64,000 nucleotides of DNA from Vicinamibacteria bacterium (GTDB lineage: Bacteria > Acidobacteriota > Vicinamibacteria > Fen-336): contig JAMPXO010000011.1 of NCBI GenBank assembly GCA_023701125.1, forward strand, positions 1,218-65,217, written 5' to 3'. Made by a program: the position numbers and the translations under genes. Positions within the stretch are counted from its first letter, which is position 1; each line of letters starts with the position of its first letter. Below are positions 1 through 8,724 of this stretch, one piece after another. The notes beneath the pieces are model-generated. The model had not been told where the DNA came from. It saw only the letters and a program-made list of their open reading frames with translations, and did not search any database.

Positions 1-708
1 GCCGTCGACCGCGACGCAGACCGCATCGCCCGGCTGGACGAAGACCTCGCCTGCGGCGCCGCGCACCCGGCGCGCCAGCACCTTCTCCGCGATGTTCATC
101 GGCCGCGCCGGCGTCGACGGCGGCGTCAGCGTCACCTGCCCCTCGGCCAGCGCGCGCGTGAAGGCGAACAGCCCGCCGTGCTCGATGACCTGGACCGTGA
201 TCGGGTCCCAGCCCTTCGTGAACTCGGACAGCGGCACCGCCTCGCCCGCCTGCAGCCGCGCGAGCGTGGCGTGGTCGCCCATCAGCACGCCCTGGGCGAC
301 GTTGTTGCGGGCGTGGATCGGCGCGAACGAGGCGGCGATCGCGATCCGGATGCCCGACCACTTCTCCGCCTGCACGGCCGTCTCGCGCGACGAGCCGACG
401 CCCTTGCGGTAGCCGGAGACGATCACCTCGAAGTTGCCCGCGATCAGCGAGCCCTCGGGGAACAGCCGCTCGCCCGCGATCGTGATGCCCGAGTAGGCGT
501 TGCGGGCGATGTCCTCGGGCCGGTAGTCGAAGCAGGCCCAGGCCGGCGTCATCGCGTCGGTGTTGACGTCGTCGAGCAGGTCCGCGACCTTGACGTCGGC
601 CATGCGCAGGTCCAGCTCGCCGCGGAGCTGGCGCCGGATCAGCTCCGGGTCGCGGGTCAGGAACAGGATCCGCTTGCCGGGCGTGAGCGAGATGGTCTTC
701 TGCTGCAT
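1..708 (-). CDS. Aconitase-family protein, 5'-partial at the window edge. The N-terminal part is LeuD-like, followed by a Pro/Thr linker and a LeuC-like N-terminus.
   Basis: An uninterrupted minus-strand frame runs from ATG at 708-706 (RBS gaggaagag upstream) to nt 1. It contains the LeuD swivel motifs DVNTDAMTPA and GVGSSRETA, the linker TLTPPSTPARP, and MNIAEKVLARRVRG...VQPGDAVCVAVDG, which resembles the start of archaeal-type LeuC. The ORF track omits it because the window contains no stop codon. Confidence 0.6.
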   Translation of the reverse strand, partial: MQQKTISLTPGKRILFLTRDPELIRRQLRGELDLRMADVKVADLLDDVNTDAMTPAWACFDYRPEDIARNAYSGITIAGERLFPEGSLIAGNFEVIVSGYRKGVGSSRETAVQAEKWSGIRIAIAASFAPIHARNNVAQGVLMGDHATLARLQAGEAVPLSEFTKGWDPITVQVIEHGGLFAFTRALAEGQVTLTPPSTPARPMNIAEKVLARRVRGAAGEVFVQPGDAVCVAVDG

Positions 709-728
709 CGGGGCGGCTCTTCCTCTCG

Positions 729-1784
729 TTAGCCGAGCCGGGCGGCGATCGCCGCGCCCACCTCGCGGGTGCCGAGCCGGCCCCCGATGTCCACCGTGGT
801 CTCGCCCGCCTCGACAGCGGCCCGGGTCGCACTCTCGATGCGCGCCGCCTCCTCGCGCCAGCCGAGGTGCTCGAGCATCAGGCCGGCGGTCAGGATCGCG
901 CCCATCGGGTTGGCGACGTTCTTGCCCGCCAGCGGCGGCGACGAGCCGTGGACCGGCTCGAACAGCGACAGCTTGCCGGGGTGGATGTTGCCGGACGCGG
1001 CCATGCCGAGCCCGCCCTGCAGGCCGGCGGCGAGGTCGGTGACGATGTCGCCGAACATGTTCGAGGTCACGATCACCTCGAACTGCCCGGGCTCACGGAT
1101 CATCTGCAGCACCAGGTTGTCGACGTACAGGTGGCGGGCCTCGATCGCGGGGTACTCCTTCGCGATCTCGCGGAACGTGCGCAGCCACAGCTCGTGGGCG
1201 TGGACCAGCACGTTCGACTTGTCGGCCATCACGATCCGCTTGCGGCCGTGCTCGGCCGCGAACGCGAACGCGTGGCGCACGATGCGCTCGACGCCCTTGC
1301 GGGTGTTGAGGTCGATCTCGGTCGCGACCTCGTCGGGCGTGCCGTGCTTGAAGTGGCCGCCCATCATCACGTAGAGCCCCTCCGTGTTCTCGCGGAACAC
1401 GACGAAGTCGACGTCCTTCGGGCTGGCGCCCTTGAGCGGGCACAGCCGCTCGTGGAACAGCTTCACGGGCCGGTAGTTGACGTAGAGGTCGAGCTTGAAG
1501 CGCAGGCCGAGCAGGATGTCGGCCGCGTGGCGGTTGTCGGGCACCCGCGGGTCGCCCATCGCGCCGAGCAGGATCGCGTCGAAGTTCTCGCGCAGGTCGT
1601 TGAGGGCATCGGGCGGCAGCGTCACGCCCGTCTTCAGGTAGTGCTCGGCCCCCCACTCGAAGCGGGTTCGCGTGATCTTCTTCGCCGCGGCCGCGGCCAC
1701 GGCGTCGAGCGCACGTTCGGCCTCGGCGATGACCTCGAGCCCGATCCCGTCGCCGGGGATCACGGCGATCCTCAACTCGCCCAT
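729..1784 (-). CDS. leuB: 3-isopropylmalate dehydrogenase (a related tartrate/isocitrate dehydrogenase family member is not fully excluded)
   Basis: 351 aa; IAVIPGDGIG..., NMFGDIVTDLAAG... match beta-decarboxylating dehydrogenases; adjacent to LeuD/C-like gene. Confidence 0.8.
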   Translation of the reverse strand: MGELRIAVIPGDGIGLEVIAEAERALDAVAAAAAKKITRTRFEWGAEHYLKTGVTLPPDALNDLRENFDAILLGAMGDPRVPDNRHAADILLGLRFKLDLYVNYRPVKLFHERLCPLKGASPKDVDFVVFRENTEGLYVMMGGHFKHGTPDEVATEIDLNTRKGVERIVRHAFAFAAEHGRKRIVMADKSNVLVHAHELWLRTFREIAKEYPAIEARHLYVDNLVLQMIREPGQFEVIVTSNMFGDIVTDLAAGLQGGLGMAASGNIHPGKLSLFEPVHGSSPPLAGKNVANPMGAILTAGLMLEHLGWREEAARIESATRAAVEAGETTVDIGGRLGTREVGAAIAARLG

Positions 1785-1797
1785 GCGCCTTCCTTCT

Positions 1798-1968
1798 TCA
1801 GATCCGCCCGAGCAGCCAGCCGGAGACGATCGCGCCCACCACCATCGCCACGAACACCTTGAGCCCGAACGCCTGCTGCTCGCGCGGATCGTCGCGCAGC
1901 AGCAGCGCGAACACGAACGACACCAGCGCCGAGAACACGACCAGCGACAGCAGGTGGCTGGCGATCAC
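1798..1968 (-). CDS. small membrane protein (~56 aa, GTG start overlapping upstream stop as GTGA)
   Basis: alternate frame downstream of the 1965..2345 ORF encodes VIASHLLSLVVFSALVSFVFALLLRDDPREQQAFGLKVFVAMVVGAIVSGWLLGRI*; two hydrophobic helices; stop 13 nt upstream of leuB RBS. Confidence 0.4.
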   Translation of the reverse strand: MIASHLLSLVVFSALVSFVFALLLRDDPREQQAFGLKVFVAMVVGAIVSGWLLGRI

Positions 1969-2345
1969 GCCCGGCGCCCGCGCGCCGTGTCCCAGGCGTC
2001 GAGGATGACCAGGACGTTCAACAGCCCGGCCACCTCGGTGAACGTGTTGCCGTAATCGTACCCGGGGTCCATCGGCAGCCCCATCGGGTCGGCCAGCCAG
2101 CGCGCGAGGCCGTAGGGCAGGCCGATCGCCACCTGGGCCGCGCAGCGCAGCAGCCCCAGCGGGTCCTCGAGCCCGCCCGGCGGCAACAGCCGGGCGTGCA
2201 TCGCGACGCCGAGGCCGAACAGCAGCCCGAGCGCCATCAAGAAGCGGAGGCCGCGGCCGGGGCGGCCGGCATACACGTGCCCCGCACCGGGCACCAGGCA
2301 GCCCAGCAAACAGGCGATGAGCGGCGATCGCGAGCGCGCTTCCAA
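1965..2345 (-). CDS. hypothetical membrane protein
   Basis: 126 aa ORF with hydrophobic segments (LIACLLGCLVPGAGHVYAG..., GLLFGLGVAM...), same strand and tightly following the PilT-like gene. Confidence 0.45.
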   Translation of the reverse strand: MEARSRSPLIACLLGCLVPGAGHVYAGRPGRGLRFLMALGLLFGLGVAMHARLLPPGGLEDPLGLLRCAAQVAIGLPYGLARWLADPMGLPMDPGYDYGNTFTEVAGLLNVLVILDAWDTARGRRA

Positions 2346-2412
2346 GGGGCGGCGATGCTACGGGCCCGGGCGAACCCAGGTCAAGGCGCGCGCCAGTCCT
2401 CCGAACAGGCCT

Positions 2413-4485
2413 TCAGAACAGGCGCTTGAGCTCGACCGTGACCGAGCGCCGCTTGCCCTGGCGCTCGACCGTGAACGAGTACTTGCCGTCCGTGCGCAGC
2501 ATCTGGCGCACCTCCTCGAGCGGCATGCCCTTCACCGCCTTGCCGCCCGCCTCGAGGATGTACTCCCCGCGCACGAGGCCGGCCAGCGCCCCGGGCGAGT
2601 CGGGGGCCACGTTCATGATGCGGATGCGCTCGAACGTCGGCGGGTCCTCGGCCAGGGTGATGCCGCTGCGGAAGCGACGACCGAACTCGACCTTGTCGAC
2701 GGCCTTGTTCAGCGCCTCGGGCATCTCCACCAGCTTGCGGTCTTCGACCAGGTCCTGCAGCTCGTCGTTGAGACTCTGCATGCCGACCGCGCGACCGGCC
2801 TGCATCACGCTGGAGAGCTGCACGGTCTTGGCCTCGCGGATCAGCGCGGCCGCCGCGTAGTTGACGACCAGGATCTCGAGCGCCGCGACCCGTCCGCCGC
2901 CCTTCTTCTTGCACAGGGTCTGGGCGACGACGCCCTTCAGCACGTCGGCCAGCACGCTGCGCACCTGGTTCTGCTGGTCCGCCGGGAACTGGTCGATCAC
3001 GCGGTCGATCGCGCTCATCGCCGAGTTGGTGTGCAGCGTGCCGAACACCAGGTGGCCGGTGTTGGCGGTCTCCAGCGCCAGCGCGATCGTCTCCGGGTCG
3101 CGCATCTCGCCGACCAGCACGATGTCCGGGTCCTCGCGCAGGCAGGCCTTCAGCGCCCGCGAGAAGCTGGTCGTGTGGCCGCCGACCTCGCGCTGGTTGA
3201 CGAGGCACTTCTGGCTGGTGTGCACGAACTCGATCGGGTCCTCGAGCGTGATGATGTGGCCCGCGCGCAGCTTGTTGATGTAGTCGACCATCGCCGCCAG
3301 CGTCGTCGACTTGCCGCTGCCGGTCGTGCCGGTGACCAGCACCAGGCCCTTGGGCAGCTCGCACATGTCCTTGATCACCTTCGGCAGGCGGAGCTGCTCG
3401 AGGGTCAGGATCTTCGACGGGATCAGCCGCAGCACCGCGCCGATGCCGTGGTGGTCGCGGAACATGTTGACGCGGAAGCGCGCCACCTCGGGCAGCGCGT
3501 AGGCGAAGTCGACGTCGTTGTCGGCGGCGAACTGCTCGCGGTGCCGCGGCTCCATCACCGGGGCGAGCAGCTCCAGCGTCTCCTCGACGCCGAGCGGCGT
3601 CGTCTCCGGGATGATGCTGATCTCGCCGTCGATGCGCCAGCGCGGCGCGACGCCGGCCGAGAGGTGCACGTCGGAAGCGCCTTCCGCCACCATCCGCTTG
3701 AGCAGCGCGTCGAGGCGCGGCGAGCTGGGCGCCGGGCCCGCCACCACCGCCGCCGGCGCGCCGGCCTTCCAGCCGGGCACCCCGGCCCCGGCGCGCAGCG
3801 CCTCGCCGAAGGCCTGGGCGTCGATCTGCACGGGCACCAGCTCGAAGCTGGGCAGCGCCGCGCGGATCGCGTTCATCAACTGCGCCGTCGGCTCGTCGAC
3901 CAGGCCGATCGTCAGCCGCGCGCCCTCCACCCGCAACGGCAGCGCGCGGTGGCGCTGCATCAGGTCGAGCGGCAGCAGCGCGAGGGCCTCCGGCGTCGGG
4001 CCGCCCTGGCTGGCGAGATCCCACTCCTGCAGCGCGATCCGGCCCGAGACCTTCGACAAGCGCGTCGCCAGGCCCTGGGCGAGGCCGATCCCGAACTCCG
4101 GGATCTTCTGGAACATGGCCTCGAACGACTTGACCGAGAAGCGCAGCACGAGCGCGTCGCTCGTGGCCGCGACCGTGGCTGTGCGCGGCTCGCGCAGCAG
4201 CAGGCCCATCTCGCCGAGGCTGCTGGGCGCCTCGACGCTGCCCAGCTCGGCCTGGTCGCCGGCCTTGTCGACGGTGATCGCCGCGCGGCCCTCGACCAGC
4301 AGGAAGAAGGCGTCGGAGGCCTCACCCTGGCGGATGATCGGCTCGTCCGCAGAGTAGCTGCGCAACTCGGAGAGCTTGACGACCTGAGGCAGGTGCTCCG
4401 GCTTGAGCGCGCGGAACAGCGGACAGCCAGCCAGCGCCGCGGTGATCTTGCCCTGCATCTCGTCCTGGATGGGCAGCACTTCCAT
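2413..4485 (-). CDS. multidomain PilT-type ATPase: N-terminal cNMP-binding (CAP-like) domain, GspE_N domain, PilT/GspE secretion ATPase core, C-terminal PDZ
   Basis: Start MEVLPIQ at 4485, preceded by aagga RBS. The 819-aa ORF-track version has an Arg-rich, non-protein-like extension. cNMP domain: FRALKPEHL...RQGEASDAFFLLVEGRAAI...LGEMGLL...RTATVAA. Walker A GTTGSGKSTT. PilT motifs GHTTSFSRALKACLREDPDIVLVGEMRD and TGHLVFGTLHT. C-terminal PDZ-like ...IMNVAPDSPGALAGLVRGEYILEAGGKAV. Confidence 0.8.
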   Translation of the reverse strand: MEVLPIQDEMQGKITAALAGCPLFRALKPEHLPQVVKLSELRSYSADEPIIRQGEASDAFFLLVEGRAAITVDKAGDQAELGSVEAPSSLGEMGLLLREPRTATVAATSDALVLRFSVKSFEAMFQKIPEFGIGLAQGLATRLSKVSGRIALQEWDLASQGGPTPEALALLPLDLMQRHRALPLRVEGARLTIGLVDEPTAQLMNAIRAALPSFELVPVQIDAQAFGEALRAGAGVPGWKAGAPAAVVAGPAPSSPRLDALLKRMVAEGASDVHLSAGVAPRWRIDGEISIIPETTPLGVEETLELLAPVMEPRHREQFAADNDVDFAYALPEVARFRVNMFRDHHGIGAVLRLIPSKILTLEQLRLPKVIKDMCELPKGLVLVTGTTGSGKSTTLAAMVDYINKLRAGHIITLEDPIEFVHTSQKCLVNQREVGGHTTSFSRALKACLREDPDIVLVGEMRDPETIALALETANTGHLVFGTLHTNSAMSAIDRVIDQFPADQQNQVRSVLADVLKGVVAQTLCKKKGGGRVAALEILVVNYAAAALIREAKTVQLSSVMQAGRAVGMQSLNDELQDLVEDRKLVEMPEALNKAVDKVEFGRRFRSGITLAEDPPTFERIRIMNVAPDSPGALAGLVRGEYILEAGGKAVKGMPLEEVRQMLRTDGKYSFTVERQGKRRSVTVELKRLF

Positions 4486-4566
4486 GGGAGTCCTTTCGTC
4501 GAGCGAATCACGCCGCGGCTCGCAGGCGGGCAAGGTAACACGCTTCCAAACGGTCGCCCCAGCGCT

Positions 4567-4580
4567 CGCGGCATGCCGCG
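4567..4580. promoter_or_regulatory. perfect 14-bp palindrome CGCGGCATGCCGCG in divergent promoter region between PilT-like gene and S55 peptidase gene
   Basis: read directly; self-complementary; located ~50 nt upstream of the 4629 ATG and ~85 nt upstream of the 4485 start. Confidence 0.25.
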
Positions 4581-4628
4581 CGGCGAAGCCGGCTAAGATC
4601 GAAATCGGGGGTTGCGACGAAAGAACGA

Positions 4629-6488
4629 ATGAACCAGGGTGTTGAACGGGGGGCGCGCCGGCTGGCCGCGCTCGCTCTCGCGGTCGCTGTCGCCGTTGGC
4701 GCCGGTGGCGCTGCGGCCGACGACCTCGCCTTCTTCCCGCTCGAAGACGTCCGACCCGGACAGAAGGGGGTCGGCCGCACGGTGTTCGCGGGCACGCAGA
4801 TCGTCGACTTCGAGGTCGAGGTGATCGGCGTGCTCGAGAACTTCGGGCCGAAGCAGAGCATGGTGCTCGCAAGGCTGACCGGCGGCCCGCTGGCCGAGAC
4901 GGGCGTGATCGCCGGCATGAGCGGCAGCCCCGTCTACATCGACGGCAAGCTGCTCGGCGCCGTGGCCTACGGCTTCCCTTTCAGCAAGCAGACGATCGCG
5001 GGCATCACGCCGATCGGCGAGATGCTGGAGGCCGCCAAGGCCGCGCCCGCCGCGCCGCGCGCCGCGTCGACCCGCTTCCCCGCCGCGGCCTTCGGCCCCG
5101 ACGCCTTCGCGCTGCCGCTGTCCCGCGCGACGCTCGTGGCCCCGTTCGTCCACCCGGAGCGCCTGTTGTCCTCCGCACCGCGGCTTCCGCTCGGCACCGG
5201 CGCGGGGCCGGCGATGGCACCCCTGCAGCTTCCGCTCGCCTTCGGCGGCTTCGAGCGCGGCGCGTTCGAGGCGGCTCGTGGCCTGTTCGAAGGCCTCGGC
5301 TTCGCGCCGGTGTTTGCGCCCGCGCGCAAGGGCGTACCGCCGGGGCCGATGCCCGACCTGGCGCCGGGCGGCGCCGTCGGCGTGTCGTTGATCGAGGGCG
5401 ACTTCGACCTGTCGGCGACCGGCACCATCACCCACATCGCCGACGGTCGCGTGTACGCCTTCGGCCACCCGTTCTACAACCTGGGGCCGATCCGCTTCCC
5501 GATGAAGAAGGCGTACGTGTTCGACGTCTTCCCGAGCCTGTACCAGTCGTGGAAGATCTCGTCGACCGCGAGCGAGGCCGTCGGCACCATCGACCAGGAC
5601 CGGGCGACGGCGATCGCGGGGGCCCTGGGCCCGGCGCCGCGCATGATCCCGCTGACCATCAACCTGAAGACGAGCCGCGGCGACCAGCGCACCTTCGAGT
5701 TGCGGGTCGTCGAGGACGAGCTGTTCACGCCGGTGCTGGCCTACCTGTCGGTGTTCTCGGTGCTGCAGGCCAACGAGCGCGCGTACGGGACGCAGACGGT
5801 GCGTATCGAGTCGCGGCTGGCGCTCGAGGGCCGGCCCGAGGTGCGGGTGGAGGACCTGCTGACCGAGAGCAACCCCTCGCTGCTGGCGTCCGGGCTGGCG
5901 GCCGCGCCGCTCGCCTACCTGATGGCCAACAGCCTCGAGCCGGTGAAGGTGACCAGCCTGAGCGTGACCGCCGAGTCCTTCGAGGACGAGCGCTCGGCCC
6001 GGCTCGAGCGGGTCTGGGTGGAGTCGCCGGGGCCGCTGCGGCCCGGCACCACGGTCGCGGTCAAGGCCGCCCTGCGCGGCTTCCGTGGCGAACTGACCGT
6101 GGAGTCGGTGCCTTTCCGCATCCCCGACACCGCGCCGGCCGGGAACTACAACCTGCTGGTGGCGGACGGCGACACGATGACGGTGTTCGAGCAGCGCGAG
6201 CTGCGCCAGCGCTACGAGCCGCGCAACCTCGACCAGTTGATCCGCGCGATCAACGGCCTGCGTCGCTCGGATCGACTGTACTTCCGCCTGGTCCGTGCCG
6301 AGGACGGTGCCGTCGTCGGCGGCGAGTGGCTGCCGTCGCTGCCGCCCTCGATGCTGACCGTGCTCGGCGCCAGCCAGGGCGGCGAGCCGCTGATCCGCAC
6401 CCGCACCGCCTCCGCGTGGGACTTCGAGCTGCCGCTGCAGGTCGCCGTGCGCGGCAGCCGCAGCCTGCCCTTCGTCGTCGAGCGCTAG
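4629..6488 (+). CDS. secreted peptidase S55 (SpoIVB-like serine peptidase)
   Basis: signal peptide RRLAALALAVAVAVGAGGAAA; GMSGSPVYIDGKLLGAVAYGF motif typical of SpoIVB/S55 catalytic Ser region; RBS gaaaga. Confidence 0.7.
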   Translation: MNQGVERGARRLAALALAVAVAVGAGGAAADDLAFFPLEDVRPGQKGVGRTVFAGTQIVDFEVEVIGVLENFGPKQSMVLARLTGGPLAETGVIAGMSGSPVYIDGKLLGAVAYGFPFSKQTIAGITPIGEMLEAAKAAPAAPRAASTRFPAAAFGPDAFALPLSRATLVAPFVHPERLLSSAPRLPLGTGAGPAMAPLQLPLAFGGFERGAFEAARGLFEGLGFAPVFAPARKGVPPGPMPDLAPGGAVGVSLIEGDFDLSATGTITHIADGRVYAFGHPFYNLGPIRFPMKKAYVFDVFPSLYQSWKISSTASEAVGTIDQDRATAIAGALGPAPRMIPLTINLKTSRGDQRTFELRVVEDELFTPVLAYLSVFSVLQANERAYGTQTVRIESRLALEGRPEVRVEDLLTESNPSLLASGLAAAPLAYLMANSLEPVKVTSLSVTAESFEDERSARLERVWVESPGPLRPGTTVAVKAALRGFRGELTVESVPFRIPDTAPAGNYNLLVADGDTMTVFEQRELRQRYEPRNLDQLIRAINGLRRSDRLYFRLVRAEDGAVVGGEWLPSLPPSMLTVLGASQGGEPLIRTRTASAWDFELPLQVAVRGSRSLPFVVER

Positions 6489-6519
6489 AAGACACCAGAC
6501 GCCAATGCAAGGAGCCCGC

Positions 6520-8724
6520 ATGAACGCGCCGCGAGCCGCGCTCGCCCTCGTCCTCGCCGCCAGCCCCGCCTTCGCCGTGCAGCCGCAGCTCCACCGCTTC
6601 GAGGGCGCGTCCGACTTCCTGGCGGGCGAGCTCGAGAACCTCGCCGTCGATTCCCTCGGCCGACTGCGGCTCGCCGGCCGGACGACCCTCGCCCACGACC
6701 CGGGCACGCCCTACGCGTGGTCCGTCGCGCGCGACGGCAAGGGCACCGTGTACCTGGGCACGGGCAACGAGGGCAAGGTGCTCGCGATCGGCCCGGACGG
6801 CACGGCGAAGGAGCTGTTCGACGCGCCCGAGCTGGAGGTACACGCGCTGGCGCTGGGGCCCGACGACCGGCTCTACGCGGCCACCTCGCCGGACGGCAAG
6901 GTCTATGCGATCGACCGCAAGGGGGGCAAGGCCCTGACCTTCTACGACCCGGCGGACAAGTACATCTGGGGCCTGGCGTTCGACGGCCAGGGCCAGCTCT
7001 ACGTGGCGACCGGCGCCGAGGCCAAGCTGCACCGCGTGAACGCGAAGGGCGAAGGCGTGATCGTGCTGACCACGGCCGAGACCCACTTCACGGCCCTCGC
7101 CGTCGACAAGCGAGGTCACGCCTTCGTGGGCTCAGCGCCCGGCGGCATCGTCTACGAGGTCGACCCGAAGGGCGTCGGCCGGGTCGTCGCCGACACGGGC
7201 TACAAGGAGGTCAAGGCGCTGGTGCCGACCGCGACCGGCGCCGTCTACGCCGCGGTGGTCGACGGCCGCGACGCGGCCAGCGACCGCACGCGGCCGGTCA
7301 CTCCCCCGCCGGCTCCCGCCGCGACGCCGTCGCCGGCGCCCGCGGGCGAGACCCTGGCGCAGCCGCCCGGCTTCGAGGGCGTGGCCGTGGTCGTGACCGC
7401 TTCTGCTGCCGCGCCGGCTCCGCCCCGCGGGCCGCAGAAAGGCGCCGTGCTGCGCCTCGCACCCGAGGGCGACGTGGACGTGCTGTGGACCTCCATCGAG
7501 GAGACCCCGCTGGCGCTGGCGCCCTCCGAGCGGGGCGTGACGTTCGGGACGGGCGCCGCCCGCGGCAAGGTCTACGAGGTGCGGGACGACCGCACCTGGA
7601 CGCTGCTCGCTTCGTTCGCCGCGCAACAGGTCACAGGCCTGGCGGGCGCGCCGGGCGGCGGTTTGCTGGCGGCGGTCTCGAACCCGGGCCAGGCGTGGCG
7701 AATCGAAGCCGCGCCGGCCGCCAGCGGCAGCTTCACGAGCAAGGTCAAGGACACCGAGACGCCGTCGACGTGGGGCCAGGTCTCGTGGACCGCGACGCTG
7801 CCGCGCGAGACCCGGGTCGAGGTGCAGACCCGCACCGGCAACACCGGCACGCCGGACTCGACGTGGTCCGCCTGGTCGGAGGCGCTGACCGCGGCGACGG
7901 GCGCTGCCGTGAAGAGCCCGCGCGGCCGCTTCGTCCAGGTCCGCGTCGTGCTGCACGGCGCGGGTGCGACCACGCCCGTGCTCGACGGCCTGCAACTCGC
8001 CTACCTGCAGCGCAACCTGCGGCCCGCCGTCAGCGCCGTGACCGCGCATCCACCGGGCGAGGTGTTCGGGCGCCCGATGATGGTGAGCAACGAGACCGAG
8101 GTGCTGGGCCTCGTGCCCGGCACCGGGCCCGACCTGCGCCGGCCCGGCACCCGGCCGCCCACGCTCAACCTGGGCATGTCCCGCCGGCTCTACGTCCGCG
8201 GCCTGCAGGCCTTCACCTGGCGCGCCGAGGACGCGAACGGCGACGAACTGCGCTACGACCTCCACTACCGCGCCGTCGGCGACGAGCGCTATCGGCCCAT
8301 CCAGCGCGGCCTCGACGACGCCGTGTTCACGTGGGACACGTCCACGGTCCCGAACGGCCGCTACGTGTTGCGGGTGACCGCGTCCGACGCGGCGGCCAAC
8401 CCCGCGGAGCTGGCCCAGTCGGGCGAGCGCGAGAGCGTCGCCTTCGACGTCGACAACACGCCGCCGACGGTCAGCGCCCGGCTCGAGGGCCGCTTCGTCA
8501 AGGCCCGCGCCGCGGACGCCGACACGGCGATCCGCAAGGTCGAGTGGGCGCTCGACGGCTCGCCCTGGCAGGAGGTCCACCCCGAGGACGGCCTGAGCGA
8601 CTCCGCGGACGAGGCCTTCTCGCTGCCGGTGCCCGCGGGCGAAGGCGCGGGGCCGCACGTGCTCGTGCTGCGGGCCACGGATCGGCTCGGCAACGTGGGC
8701 ACGGCGCGGGTCGAGATCCCCTGA
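6520..8724 (+). CDS. secreted beta-propeller repeat protein with C-terminal beta-sandwich domains
   Basis: signal peptide MNAPRAALALVLAASPAFA (aaggag RBS before second ATG); repeated ...G.VY.GTG..G.../PDG.LY repeats; Pro/Ala/Thr linker. Confidence 0.65.
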   Translation: MNAPRAALALVLAASPAFAVQPQLHRFEGASDFLAGELENLAVDSLGRLRLAGRTTLAHDPGTPYAWSVARDGKGTVYLGTGNEGKVLAIGPDGTAKELFDAPELEVHALALGPDDRLYAATSPDGKVYAIDRKGGKALTFYDPADKYIWGLAFDGQGQLYVATGAEAKLHRVNAKGEGVIVLTTAETHFTALAVDKRGHAFVGSAPGGIVYEVDPKGVGRVVADTGYKEVKALVPTATGAVYAAVVDGRDAASDRTRPVTPPPAPAATPSPAPAGETLAQPPGFEGVAVVVTASAAAPAPPRGPQKGAVLRLAPEGDVDVLWTSIEETPLALAPSERGVTFGTGAARGKVYEVRDDRTWTLLASFAAQQVTGLAGAPGGGLLAAVSNPGQAWRIEAAPAASGSFTSKVKDTETPSTWGQVSWTATLPRETRVEVQTRTGNTGTPDSTWSAWSEALTAATGAAVKSPRGRFVQVRVVLHGAGATTPVLDGLQLAYLQRNLRPAVSAVTAHPPGEVFGRPMMVSNETEVLGLVPGTGPDLRRPGTRPPTLNLGMSRRLYVRGLQAFTWRAEDANGDELRYDLHYRAVGDERYRPIQRGLDDAVFTWDTSTVPNGRYVLRVTASDAAANPAELAQSGERESVAFDVDNTPPTVSARLEGRFVKARAADADTAIRKVEWALDGSPWQEVHPEDGLSDSADEAFSLPVPAGEGAGPHVLVLRATDRLGNVGTARVEIP

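Noticed and set aside
2413-4872. 819-aa version of the PilT-type ATPase starting at 4872
   Set aside because: The N-terminal 129 residues are Arg/Pro-rich and overlap the divergent S55 gene start. The internal ATG at 4485 has an RBS and begins the cNMP-binding domain.
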